Shown here piece by piece: positions 1 through 9,168 of a DNA stretch of 64,000 nt. Position 1 is the first letter of the stretch, and every line of letters starts with the position of its first letter. A program made the position numbers and the translations under genes. The stretch comes from Candidatus Multivorans sp. (GTDB lineage: Bacteria; Acidobacteriota; Thermoanaerobaculia; Multivoradales; Multivoraceae). The DNA lies in assembly GCA_965224025.1 (NCBI GenBank), contig OZ245033.1:128001-192000 (forward strand), read 5' to 3'. The notes beneath the pieces were generated by a model, which searched no databases, was not told the DNA's origin, and was given only the letters and a program-made list of their open reading frames with translations.

Positions 1-1509
1 GGACCAACCCCAGTGGATGCCCCGGCGCCGCACTTCCCCATGCCGGTGGGTGAGGTGGGAAAGGTGGTTCGGCAGCACCAGCATGGACTCGATCAACGAG
101 AACGCCAGGCAGCCGATGACGACCAGGGGAATCGTCCGCGCGATCGCCGCCGAGGGGCCCTCCATCGAGTAGATCAGCGGCGAGAAGGCGGCCACCGTGG
201 TGAGGATCGAGAACGTGACCGGCGTCGCCACCTGCCGCGCGCCGTCGACCGCCGCGCGCATGCCCCGCTTGCCCATCTCGAAGTGGCGGTAGATGTTCTC
301 GCCCACCACGATCGCGTCGTCAACCACGATCCCGAGTACCAGGATGAACGCGAACAGCGACATCACGTTGATCGTGACGTCGACGTACGGCAGCACGGCG
401 AGCGCGCCCATGAACGAGACCGCGATGCCGACGGAGACCCACAGGGCGAGCCGGAGCTTCAGGAACAGCGCCAGCACCAGAAACACGAGCAGGAGGCCCA
501 ACCGTCCGCTCTCGAGCAGCACCCGCAGCCGGTCCTGGAGCGGCACCGAATCGTCGAGCCAAGTCGTCATCCGCAGGCCCGGCGGCAGGGCCGCCGACCG
601 CTCCGCGATGAAGCCCCTGACCTGGCGGGAAATGCGCAGGGCGCTCTGATCGCCGACCCGGTAGACCTGGACCAGGGCGACCGGCTGGCCGTCGAACCGC
701 GATGTCACGTCCGTCTCGGCGAAGCCGTCCGTCACCCGCGCAATGTCGCCCAGTACGAGCCGGCTACCGTCGGGCCGCGCCCTCAGCACGATGCCCCCGT
801 ACTCGGCGCCCCGGTATGCCTGCCCCATCGTGCGCAGGAGGATCTCGCCCTCGCGCGCTCTGACCGCGCCGCCCGGAAGATCGAGCGATGACCGCCGCAC
901 CGCCAGCACGACCTCGTCGAAGGTGAGGCCGTACTGCCGGAGCGTGTCCTCCGAGACCTCGATCGAGATCTCGTAGGGCCGCACCGCGTCGAGTTCCACC
1001 TGGGTGATGTCGGGGAGTTCCGAGAGGCCCTCGCGCACCTGTTCCGCGACCGCCTTGAGGGCGCGTTCCTCCACATCGCCGTAGACCGCCACCGTGATCA
1101 CCCGGCGACGAATGAGCGCCTCCTGGATGATCGGCTTCTCGGTCTCTTCGGGAAAGGTCGTGATCGCATCGATCCGGGACTTGACCTTGTCCAGCACCTC
1201 GCGGGTGTCGGCGTCGCTTTCCAGTTCGATGACCACGGTGGCGACTCCCTCCGCCGCCGTGGACCGGACCGTGTCCACGCCTTCCAGGTCCTGCACCGCC
1301 TCCTCGACGCGCAGGCAGACGCCCTGCTCGACCTCCTCCGGCGCCGCGCCCAGGTAGGGCACGGTCACCGTGATGCTCTGGGTCTCCAGGCTCGGGAAGA
1401 CCTCGATCGGCATACCCGTCATGGCGAGCAGACCCCAGACCACGATGAAGACCATCAACAGGTTCGCCGCCACGCCGTTGCGGGCAAACCAACCGATCAC
1501 GGCGCTCAC
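1..1509 (-). CDS. RND efflux transporter permease subunit (AcrB/AcrD/AcrF family), 5' part; runs off the window's left edge
   Basis: Missing from the ORF track because there is no stop codon in the window. Manual translation from GTG 1509 gives MSAVIGWFARNGVAANLLMVFIVVWGLLAMTGMPIEVFPSLETQSITVTVPYLGAAPEEVEQGVCLRVEEAV, a typical RND N-terminus. GTGA overlap with the adaptor stop codon. Confidence 0.93.
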   Translation of the reverse strand, partial: MSAVIGWFARNGVAANLLMVFIVVWGLLAMTGMPIEVFPSLETQSITVTVPYLGAAPEEVEQGVCLRVEEAVQDLEGVDTVRSTAAEGVATVVIELESDADTREVLDKVKSRIDAITTFPEETEKPIIQEALIRRRVITVAVYGDVEERALKAVAEQVREGLSELPDITQVELDAVRPYEISIEVSEDTLRQYGLTFDEVVLAVRRSSLDLPGGAVRAREGEILLRTMGQAYRGAEYGGIVLRARPDGSRLVLGDIARVTDGFAETDVTSRFDGQPVALVQVYRVGDQSALRISRQVRGFIAERSAALPPGLRMTTWLDDSVPLQDRLRVLLESGRLGLLLVFLVLALFLKLRLALWVSVGIAVSFMGALAVLPYVDVTINVMSLFAFILVLGIVVDDAIVVGENIYRHFEMGKRGMRAAVDGARQVATPVTFSILTTVAAFSPLIYSMEGPSAAIARTIPLVVIGCLAFSLIESMLVLPNHLSHLTHRHGEVRRRGIHWGWS

Positions 1510-3110
1510 GGCGCGCCGCCGCGCAAGCGCAGCCGCAGCCCCGCAGGATCCGCGATCGGCGCCACGTCGCCCGCGGCGGCGCCGTCGATGACCACGCGGG
1601 TGACCGGGTCCGCGCCGCCGCGGAACTGGCCGACACGGACCGAGCGCGCCGGCGAGCCGCCGGTTGCGCCTCCGTCACCGCCCTGATCCACGCCGACCAG
1701 GGTGTTCGAGACGCGCATCACGCAACCCGAAAGGTCCACCACGTAGCGCGGTGGATCGTCCAGCCAGAACGTCCGGTAGACGGGTTCGCCGCCGGCGCGG
1801 AGCAGCAGGTCGACGTACCCCGCGCCACGCTCCAACTCGACGCCGGTGAGGACGCACCGGTCAGTCTTCGGCTCGTCGGCGACGGCGCGCACAGCCAGGG
1901 CTGCGGGCGTCGACTCCACGGAGCCGGTCGCCGACGAAGCGGCCGCGGGCGCGGGCGCTGCCACGGGTACCGGCTCCAACTCCGGCGTCACCAGCATGCC
2001 GTCCACGGCCGTTTCAAGAATCGTCAAGCTGATCCGATCCCCGCTCACCAGGCCGTCGGAGACGATCGCGACGTCCGGGTCCGAGCGCAGAATCCCGACC
2101 TGACGCAGGGCCAGCCGATCGTCCTCGACCAACCACAACCGGTCCGCTCCGACCAGCGCCCCGCGCGGCACCTCGAACACGGAGTCGACCGAACGGCCGA
2201 CCACGTCCGCGTCCACGAACAGACCCACCGACAACGGCGGGCGGCCGGAGGCAGCCCGGTACGGGTCCTCGACGCGGGCGATCAAGTTCACCATGCGCGT
2301 CGCCGGGTCGATCTCGCCGCCGACGCGGACGATCCGGGCCTCCCACTCATGCCGTCCGCCGGCGAACTGCGCCTGCAACAGGACCCGCGGCCCGGCGCCC
2401 CGCAGTTCCGCGCCCAGCGGCAGGTCGAGAAAGGCGAGTTCCGAGTCGGGTACCGGCAGCGTGACCTCCGCAGCGTCGACGGAGTAGATCGTTGCCAGGG
2501 GCACGCCGCGGTTCACGAACTCGCCGCGGTCGACCCGCTTGGCGCGCAGCCGGCCCGCGAACGGCGCCCGGATCGCCGTTCGCGAAAGATCCAGCTCGGC
2601 GCGCGCCTGGTTCGCCAGCGCGGCCTCCACGCGAGCCCTCGCCTCGTCCAACTGGGGCTCGCGGAGCACCAGGGGTCCGGGTTCGCCGGGCTCCTCGAGA
2701 TCCTCCCATTCCTCCCGCGCGACTTCGGCCTCCGCCTCTTCCCGTGTCAGCGCGACCCGCGCCTGCGCCACGGACGCCCGGGCACTCGCGACCGCCAGTT
2801 CGTAGTCGCGGCGGTCCAGGCGCAGCAGCACGTCGCCGGTGTCGAAGAAGCCGCCAACCTCGAAACTCTCCGCCACCCAGACGATGTTGCCGGCGACCTC
2901 CGACACCAGGTCCGCCTCGGTCGCCGGGATCACCGATCCCTGCGAACGCACCCGCAACTCGACCCGGGTCGGCTCCACGGTCACCACCCGAACGGGAGGC
3001 GGCGCGATCTGGCGCGGCGCGGTCTCCACCGCCGGCCGCGACCCGACCAGAGCCACGACGATCACTACGGCGACGGCCAGGATCGCGACAGGCAGGATCC
3101 ACTTCAGCAC
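1506..3110 (-). CDS. RND efflux periplasmic adaptor (membrane fusion protein) with extra C-terminal AMIN-like domain
   Basis: N-terminal TM anchor, lipoyl/hairpin motifs (SEVAGNIV, GDVLLRLD, IRAPFAG, IDPATRMV), then an Ala/Pro linker and FWLDDPPRYVVDL...VRVGQF...TRVVID. Confidence 0.9.
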   Translation of the reverse strand: MLKWILPVAILAVAVVIVVALVGSRPAVETAPRQIAPPPVRVVTVEPTRVELRVRSQGSVIPATEADLVSEVAGNIVWVAESFEVGGFFDTGDVLLRLDRRDYELAVASARASVAQARVALTREEAEAEVAREEWEDLEEPGEPGPLVLREPQLDEARARVEAALANQARAELDLSRTAIRAPFAGRLRAKRVDRGEFVNRGVPLATIYSVDAAEVTLPVPDSELAFLDLPLGAELRGAGPRVLLQAQFAGGRHEWEARIVRVGGEIDPATRMVNLIARVEDPYRAASGRPPLSVGLFVDADVVGRSVDSVFEVPRGALVGADRLWLVEDDRLALRQVGILRSDPDVAIVSDGLVSGDRISLTILETAVDGMLVTPELEPVPVAAPAPAAASSATGSVESTPAALAVRAVADEPKTDRCVLTGVELERGAGYVDLLLRAGGEPVYRTFWLDDPPRYVVDLSGCVMRVSNTLVGVDQGGDGGATGGSPARSVRVGQFRGGADPVTRVVIDGAAAGDVAPIADPAGLRLRLRGGAP

Positions 3111-3112
3111 GT

Positions 3113-4624
3113 CTAGCCTCCGCCGCCCGTGGCTGCGGCCGCCGCGACCGGTTCCGGATAGACGCCCCCACCCAACGCCAGAATCAGGTCCGTCCGCGAT
3201 TCGAGTTGCTGCCGGCGAGCGGCGAGCAACTGGCTCTCCGACTGAAACGACGTCCGTTGACTGTCGAGTACCTGCAGATAACCGACAAGGCCCTGCCGGT
3301 AGCGGCCCTCGGTCAGGCGTTCCGCCTCCCGGCTCTCGGTAGCCGCCCGCTCCAGCGCCCCCGCCCGCTCCGCCAGCATCCGTTCCGCCACGAGACCCGA
3401 CTCCACTTCGGCGAAGGCCGCGAGCGCCGTCTGCAACCAGTTCGCCTCCGCCGCGTCGAGACCGGCAGTCACCAGATCCAGCCCGGCCCGTAGGCGGCCG
3501 CCCGAAAGCAGGGGTTGCAGCAGTCCGGCGGCGAGACTCCAGACCGAGAAGTCGCCATCCAGCAGGTCGCTCAGAGAACCACTCGACGTGCCTGACGATC
3601 CGTCCAGTCTGAAGGTCGGGTAGAGAGAACGGCGGGCGGCGCGAATCCGCTGCGACGAGGCGATCGCGCGGTACTCCGCGGCCCGCAGGTCCGGACGGCG
3701 CGCCAGCAGGTCGGCCGGCACACCGGTCTCGGGCAGCGGCGGCAGATCGGGAAGGCCCGCGGCCGCCTCGATCTCGCCGGCCGGATAGCGGCCCAGCAGC
3801 ACCTCCATCTGCCGGCGCAGGCCGTCGAGCGTCTGCTTCTGCGCCGCCAGCGAGGCCTCGACGGTCGCTATCTGAGTCCGTGCCTGCCGCACCTCGAGCG
3901 CGGTCGCCACGCCCCGCCGGTAGCGGGCCTCGACCCGATCGCGCGTCCGCTCGCGGCTCGCCAGAGTGCGCTCCAGGAGTTCCACCTGTTGCATGGCCTC
4001 AACGACGCCGAAGTACACCTTCGCGACCTGGCCGGCGATCGAGAGGCGCGCCCCGGCGAAGTCGGCTTCGCCCGCCGCCGCCTCAGCCAGCGAGGCTGCC
4101 GTGAGGGCGCGGAGCCTCCCCCACAGGTCGACCTCCCAGCGGATGTTCAGGGACAAACCGTAGCTGGTGAAGGCGAAGCTGCGCACGCCGCCGGGCTCGA
4201 AGCCCGGAATCGGGATCGCCTCGGTCAGGCCGCTCTGGGCGGTGTTCTGCTTGCGCCGCCCAGGGTCGAGCGCCGCCTCCAGCTCCGGTCGCCGAGCCGC
4301 GCCGTCGAGCCGGGCCTGAGCGAAGGCCGCCTCGACATTCGCGGCCGCGGCACGCAGGCTCGCGTTGTGCTCCAACCCCTCTACGATCAACCCCGACAGC
4401 AACGGATCGCCGAAGTCGCTCCACCAGTCCGATGCGACCTGCGAAGAACCGGCCGGCGCCTTTGCCGCGCCCGCTACCTCGCCGTACTCGGCCGTCGCAG
4501 GCGCTTCCAGGGCCGGCGGACCCGTGCCCACGGCGCTGCAACCGAGCCAGAGGATCGGGGCGGCAACCAGCGGCAGCGACCAGCGCATCCGGCCCTGGAC
4601 GCCACCATGAAGGGGAACCATCAT
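3113..4624 (-). CDS. Outer membrane efflux lipoprotein (TolC/NodT/OprM family)
   Basis: Lipobox-like LWLGC, WWSDFGDPLL, WEVDLWGRLR, PADLLARRPDLRAAE, ALGGG C-terminus. Start could be a few codons later. Confidence 0.93.
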   Translation of the reverse strand: MMVPLHGGVQGRMRWSLPLVAAPILWLGCSAVGTGPPALEAPATAEYGEVAGAAKAPAGSSQVASDWWSDFGDPLLSGLIVEGLEHNASLRAAAANVEAAFAQARLDGAARRPELEAALDPGRRKQNTAQSGLTEAIPIPGFEPGGVRSFAFTSYGLSLNIRWEVDLWGRLRALTAASLAEAAAGEADFAGARLSIAGQVAKVYFGVVEAMQQVELLERTLASRERTRDRVEARYRRGVATALEVRQARTQIATVEASLAAQKQTLDGLRRQMEVLLGRYPAGEIEAAAGLPDLPPLPETGVPADLLARRPDLRAAEYRAIASSQRIRAARRSLYPTFRLDGSSGTSSGSLSDLLDGDFSVWSLAAGLLQPLLSGGRLRAGLDLVTAGLDAAEANWLQTALAAFAEVESGLVAERMLAERAGALERAATESREAERLTEGRYRQGLVGYLQVLDSQRTSFQSESQLLAARRQQLESRTDLILALGGGVYPEPVAAAAATGGGG

Positions 4625-4719
4625 CGTTTGTTGTGGGTACGGACAATCGACCCGGGAGTTCGACGCCGAGCCGAGACTACTAGCCGGCCGCCGGCCGGGA
4701 ATCAGTTAGCGTCATCGCG

Positions 4720-5808
4720 ATGGTTACCGAGGATCGCGCCGGCAACCCGCCTTCCGGACACCGCCGCGTCGACCGGCAGCTCAAGCTCGACCTGATCGAG
4801 GCCGCGGTGCGCGAGAACGAGGCCCAGCTTGGCCGGCAAAGCCCCGAGCACGCGGAGAACGACAGCCCGAAACACCGCCGGCGGCGCCGTTTCTCGCCCT
4901 GGAGCCTGCTCCTGCTGGCGCCGATCGCCGGTACCGCCGGACTCGGCTACCTGGAGCTGAAGCGTCCCGGAGCGGACATCCAACCCGATCGGCCCGTCGA
5001 GGCAACACAGCCGGCGCCCGAAGTGCTCTTCACCGAGCCACCGGAGCCTCTCGACCTCAGCGTCTTCCCTCTGCCCATCAAGAGGATCGTGCTCGATCCG
5101 GGCCACGGTGGCGCCGCCTCCGGCACGGTGGCCGGAGGCCTGACCGAGAAAGACCTCGCGCTCGACATCGCCCGTCGGGTGCGCGAGCTGCTGTCCGACC
5201 GGTACCGCGTCGCGATGACCCGCGAGGCGGACATCGACGTCGAACTCGATCGCCGGTCCGGCATCGCCAACCGGGCCGGGGCCGACCTGTTCGTCTCGAT
5301 TCACGTGAACTGGCTGACGCGGAATCAGAGCTGCGGCGTCGAGACCTACTTCCTCGGCCCCACAGACGACCCCGAGCTGACCGCACTCGCCGAACGGGAG
5401 AATGCCGAGGCGCACGGCTACTCTCTGGCCGACCTGCGCCGCCTCCTCGACGGCGTCTACGCACAGGCCATGCAGGACGAAAGCCGGACTCTCGCCAACG
5501 CGGTTCAGGACGCCCTGTTCGAACAACTGCGGACATCGAATCCGGGCCTGCGGAATCGCGGCGTGAAGTCAGCGCCCTTCGTGGTCCTGATCGACGCCGA
5601 GATGCCGGCCATCCTGGCCGAGGTGTCCTGCCTTTCGGACGCCGGCGAGATCGACCGGCTGCGCGAGAGCGACTACCTCCAGTCGATCGCCGAAGCCCTC
5701 GACACGGGCATCCGGAGCTACGCCGACTCGCTTCGCCTGCGGGCCGAGCCGCCGGCAGAGGACGCGGCGCTAAGCTCCGCGGCTTTGGAGATCAGGGAAG
5801 AGCAGTGA
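4720..5808 (+). CDS. N-acetylmuramoyl-L-alanine amidase (Amidase_3), membrane-anchored, no AMIN domain
   Basis: Zn/catalytic motifs IVLDPGHGG, EKDLAL, FVSIHVN, AILAEV; regulatory-helix-like LAERENA; hydrophobic segment after RRRRR at about aa 58-78. Confidence 0.92.
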   Translation: MVTEDRAGNPPSGHRRVDRQLKLDLIEAAVRENEAQLGRQSPEHAENDSPKHRRRRRFSPWSLLLLAPIAGTAGLGYLELKRPGADIQPDRPVEATQPAPEVLFTEPPEPLDLSVFPLPIKRIVLDPGHGGAASGTVAGGLTEKDLALDIARRVRELLSDRYRVAMTREADIDVELDRRSGIANRAGADLFVSIHVNWLTRNQSCGVETYFLGPTDDPELTALAERENAEAHGYSLADLRRLLDGVYAQAMQDESRTLANAVQDALFEQLRTSNPGLRNRGVKSAPFVVLIDAEMPAILAEVSCLSDAGEIDRLRESDYLQSIAEALDTGIRSYADSLRLRAEPPAEDAALSSAALEIREEQ

Positions 5809-6839
5809 GCAACACCACATCCAACGGAGGAGTCCTCAAGGTCGGAATCGACCTGGGGACCTCGCGGAGTTCGATCTCGGCCGCGAACGGCCAGCGCCAC
5901 ATGGTGCAGAGCTACGTTGGCTGGCCCCGCGACATGGTGGCGAGGAAGGTGCTCGGACGCGACGTGCTGGTCGGCGCCGATGCACTGGAGCACCGCCCCA
6001 TGCTCAACCTGCGCCGGCCCCTGGAGCGGGGTCTGATCAAGGAGGGATCGGTCGAGGACGAGAAGGCAGTGCGCGAACTCGTTCGCCGGCTGCTGGAACT
6101 CGCGGCGCCCGGCGGGCCCGGGCCGGCGCCCGCGATCCACGCCGTCGTCGGCGTTCCCGCCGAGACGCTCAGGGTCAACCGCCAGAACCTGCGGCGCATT
6201 CTGACCGGCCAGGTCGCCAACACGATGATCGTCTCCGAACCGTTCGCCGTCGCCTACGGACTGGATGCCCTGCTTCACACGATGGTCATCGACATCGGCG
6301 CCGGCACGACCGACTTCTGTGTCTTGATGGGCCGCTTCCCGACCGAGGACGATCAGCGCACCCTGAGCGCCGCCGGCGACGCGGTGGACCGTCACCTGCA
6401 CGGCCTGATCGAAGAGCGCTACCCCGACGCCTCGGTGTCCATCCACATGGTGCGGGCCTGGAAGGAACGTCACTCCTTCGTCGGCGAGGGCGCCCCGGTG
6501 GTGGTCGCCGCGCCTGTGCGCGGCAAGCCGACGCGCATCGACATCACCGAGCCCATGCGGCGCGCCTGCGAGAGCCTGCTGGAGCCCTTGCGCGAGACGA
6601 TGCTGGACCTCATCGCAAGGGTCGAACCCGAGTACCAGAGCCGGATCCGCAACAACGTGATCCTCACTGGCGGCTCCGGCCTGATCCGCGGCCTCGGCGC
6701 CGAGCTGCAGCAGGCCCTCGGCGAACTCGGCGGCGGCCGCGTACGCGTGGTCAAGGATCCGGTCTTCGTCGGCTCGGACGGCGGCCTGAGCCTGGCCAGG
6801 GACGTCGACGACGAGTACTGGAAGCGCCTCTCCGCCTAG
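5805..6839 (+). CDS. MamK-type actin-like ATPase
   Basis: Actin motifs GIDLGTS, VSEPFAVAYG, IDIGAGTTD, LTGGSGLIRG, plus MamK-like segments SYVGWPRD, FPTEDDQRTL, KERHSFVG, EPEYQ, VKDPVF, EYWKRL. GTGA overlap with the amidase. Confidence 0.88.
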   Translation: MSNTTSNGGVLKVGIDLGTSRSSISAANGQRHMVQSYVGWPRDMVARKVLGRDVLVGADALEHRPMLNLRRPLERGLIKEGSVEDEKAVRELVRRLLELAAPGGPGPAPAIHAVVGVPAETLRVNRQNLRRILTGQVANTMIVSEPFAVAYGLDALLHTMVIDIGAGTTDFCVLMGRFPTEDDQRTLSAAGDAVDRHLHGLIEERYPDASVSIHMVRAWKERHSFVGEGAPVVVAAPVRGKPTRIDITEPMRRACESLLEPLRETMLDLIARVEPEYQSRIRNNVILTGGSGLIRGLGAELQQALGELGGGRVRVVKDPVFVGSDGGLSLARDVDDEYWKRLSA

Positions 6840-6862
6840 CTTCGGTTGCACCCGCCCGCTTC

Positions 6863-7090
6863 GGGGCTCCGGGGGAGGTCTCCCAGGTGCCGTGCCATCC
6901 GTGCGCCCGATGACGGGCGCACGGACTGGTTCACGGGTGGCGCGGATCGCGCCACCCGGGTTCGCGCTTGGTCGGCTTGCGAACGGGGGTGCGCTCACTG
7001 CACTACGCTCGCTCCGGCTGGGCGTCCGTTGACGTCAGGTCGTCGGGCGTCGCTCGCTCCGAGCCACCTGGGAGCCTCCCCCGGAGCCCC
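6863..7090. repeat. Intergenic element bounded by ~27-bp inverted repeats (MITE/REP-like)
   Basis: 6863-6889 ggggctccgggggaggtctcccaggtg is the reverse complement of 7065-7090 except for a 1-nt indel. Internal direct repeat cgctcgctccg at 7006 and 7051. Confidence 0.65.
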
Positions 7091-7165
7091 CGTGCTGGCT
7101 GGACACCGTCGTTCCACCGTTACCACCGCGCGGAACCCATGGCGGTGGGGACGGACCTCAGCGCT

Positions 7166-7960
7166 TCACTTTGTCGCGCCGTTCGGCCTGCGGGCGGGCG
7201 GGCCTGGCAGCAACGTCGCCAGCTCGGTCAGGTCGGCCACCTTGGGGCAGTCGACCTCCGGCCAGTCGTTCCATGGATCGAGCAGAACGGCGTGAACGCC
7301 AGCGGCCCGAGCGCCTACTACGTCGGCCGCATAGAGGTCGCCAACGTGAACGGTGCGCTCCGGCCGGGCGCCGATCGTCTTGAGAGCGGCTTCGAAGACT
7401 CGCGGATCGGGCTTCTCGAAACCGACCGTCTTCGAGTCGATCAGAGCGTCGAAGAGCGGGCCGAGCCCAATCGACTCAACGTTTCGCTTCATGCTGCCGT
7501 CGGAGTTGCTGACCACGGCCATGCGATAGCCGAGCGAGCGGATCCGCTCCAGCGCCTCCTTCCTTCCTGGCAGTCGCCGGTTCCAGAGTAGTTCGTTCCG
7601 GCCGGGCACGTAGAGGCGCTGCGCAAGCCCGGAGGCCATGCCGGCAAGCTCGACGCCATCGAAGCAGGCAGCCGGCAGTCGGTCCAGGATCGCCTCCAGA
7701 TAGAAGCGGAAGGTGGACCCGCCCTCAGTCGACTGCAACTCCGCCGACAGGGCCGCCGAGATATCGGGCCGGGCCGCCGCTTCCGCGCGCTCCAACTGGC
7801 GCCCGGAGCAATCGAGGCCCAGGTCCGACGCGACCTCGGCGATGCGCTCGAAGTTCATGGACAGGAAGGTGTTTCCCGCGTCGAAGAAGATCGTGTCCAG
7901 TTCTACCCAGGGCACGTCGCGCGGCGGCGTCATGTTCGTCACGGCGTCGTAGTCTGCCAT
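7166..7960 (-). CDS. HAD-superfamily hydrolase
   Basis: Motifs FFDAGNT, VVSNSD, EKPDPRVF, HVGDLYAADVVGA. Start ATG 7960 (or 7933). Confidence 0.9.
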   Translation of the reverse strand: MADYDAVTNMTPPRDVPWVELDTIFFDAGNTFLSMNFERIAEVASDLGLDCSGRQLERAEAAARPDISAALSAELQSTEGGSTFRFYLEAILDRLPAACFDGVELAGMASGLAQRLYVPGRNELLWNRRLPGRKEALERIRSLGYRMAVVSNSDGSMKRNVESIGLGPLFDALIDSKTVGFEKPDPRVFEAALKTIGARPERTVHVGDLYAADVVGARAAGVHAVLLDPWNDWPEVDCPKVADLTELATLLPGPPARRPNGATK

Positions 7961-8037
7961 CAGGCGCGATCGTCTATTCTCAGCACCCACACGGGCGGGA
8001 CGCGCGTGCCGCCGGACCGGCACACCGGAGGACGATC

Positions 8038-9168
8038 ATGAAGGGAAGAAGGATCACGCGAAGGACGCCGTGGGCCGCCGCCGGGGCACTCCTCTTGGCG
8101 ACGGCAGCAGCCGCCCAGGACCAGCCGGAAGCGCTGGAACGGCTCGGTACCGACCTGTTCGCTGAACTCCTGTTCAACAACCAGGGCACGGACTACGCGA
8201 TCGCGTGTTCGGTGTGCCACGCGCTCGGCGAGTCGGTGGCCGGCAAGCCGGAGCGGTTCTACGCCGACCACACGCCGACCAGCCTGACCGCCGGCCGCGA
8301 GACCACCGCTCGCAACGCCCAGACCCTGGCCGGCGTTCACCGGGCCGAAGTGTTCGGCTGGGACGGCGCCTACGACTCGATGGAGGACATGATCCTCGAG
8401 AAGCTGATCGGCATCCAGTATGGCTGGAAACCCGACGCCCGCGAAGAGGCGATCGACAACGCCGCCTACGTGCTGCTGGACGAGGGCCACAATGCGATCT
8501 CGGGCGTGCCCTACGTCGAGCAGTTCCAGGAGGTCTACGGACTCGATCTGGAATCGCTGGAACGGCCGGAACTCGCGGCGGCGGCCGCCCGCGCCCTGGC
8601 CGACTACACGCGCACCTTCGATTTCTCGATGACCTCGCGCTGGGATGCGTTCACCGAACAGAACCGCTTCCGCACGGCGCCGAACGCGGGCGAAGACATC
8701 ATGAACTACGCCGCGAGCATCGAGAGCCGAATCTACAACCAGGAGGGCCGCGGCCTGATCCGGCGGCCGGAGGGGTTCACCGAAGCCGCGTACGAAGGCT
8801 TCAAGACCTTCTTCCGCGTGTTCGACGTGGAGTCGGTGGGAAACTGTGTCCGCTGCCATGTGCCGCCGACCTTCAGCGACTACGCCCTCCACGGCGCCGG
8901 CGGCGGCAGCTTCAAGACCCCGCCGCTGAGGAACCTGCCGCGCACCGACCCTTACCTCCACGACGGCAGCGCCGCCACGCTGGGGGAGGTACTCCAGGGC
9001 CACATGGCGCTGGCCGAAGCGGCCCGTGGCGAAGAGGAAGGCGTCGACGCGCTATTCGGCGAAATCCGAATCTCGGAGGCCGACATCGGACCGCTGGTCC
9101 AGTACCTCAGGATGCTGGACGAGGTGGATCCCGCGAACTTCCGCTACTACCTGATCAACTTCGAGTGA
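8038..9168 (+). CDS. Di-heme cytochrome c peroxidase/MauG-family protein, exported
   Basis: Signal peptide; heme motifs CSVCH and CVRCH; RNAQTL, FGWDG, FKTPPLRNL..TDPYLHDGS; GGAGG RBS. Confidence 0.85.
   Translation: MKGRRITRRTPWAAAGALLLATAAAAQDQPEALERLGTDLFAELLFNNQGTDYAIACSVCHALGESVAGKPERFYADHTPTSLTAGRETTARNAQTLAGVHRAEVFGWDGAYDSMEDMILEKLIGIQYGWKPDAREEAIDNAAYVLLDEGHNAISGVPYVEQFQEVYGLDLESLERPELAAAAARALADYTRTFDFSMTSRWDAFTEQNRFRTAPNAGEDIMNYAASIESRIYNQEGRGLIRRPEGFTEAAYEGFKTFFRVFDVESVGNCVRCHVPPTFSDYALHGAGGGSFKTPPLRNLPRTDPYLHDGSAATLGEVLQGHMALAEAARGEEEGVDALFGEIRISEADIGPLVQYLRMLDEVDPANFRYYLINFE

Noticed and set aside
13-891. 292-aa + strand ORF and similar long antisense or alternate-frame ORFs (e.g. 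18236..19396, 20779..22845, 29288..31273, 32879..34846, 38910..40613, 52033..53463, 60648..62624)
   Set aside because: Shadow ORFs of GC-rich genes: Arg/Pro/His-rich, no motifs, fully overlapping well-supported genes.
5805-6839. Magnetosome island, or plain mreB
   Set aside because: No mam/mms genes and no mreC/mreD/pbp2/rodA in the window. The sequence fits MamK-type actin, but magnetotaxis cannot be inferred, so no gene symbol was given.
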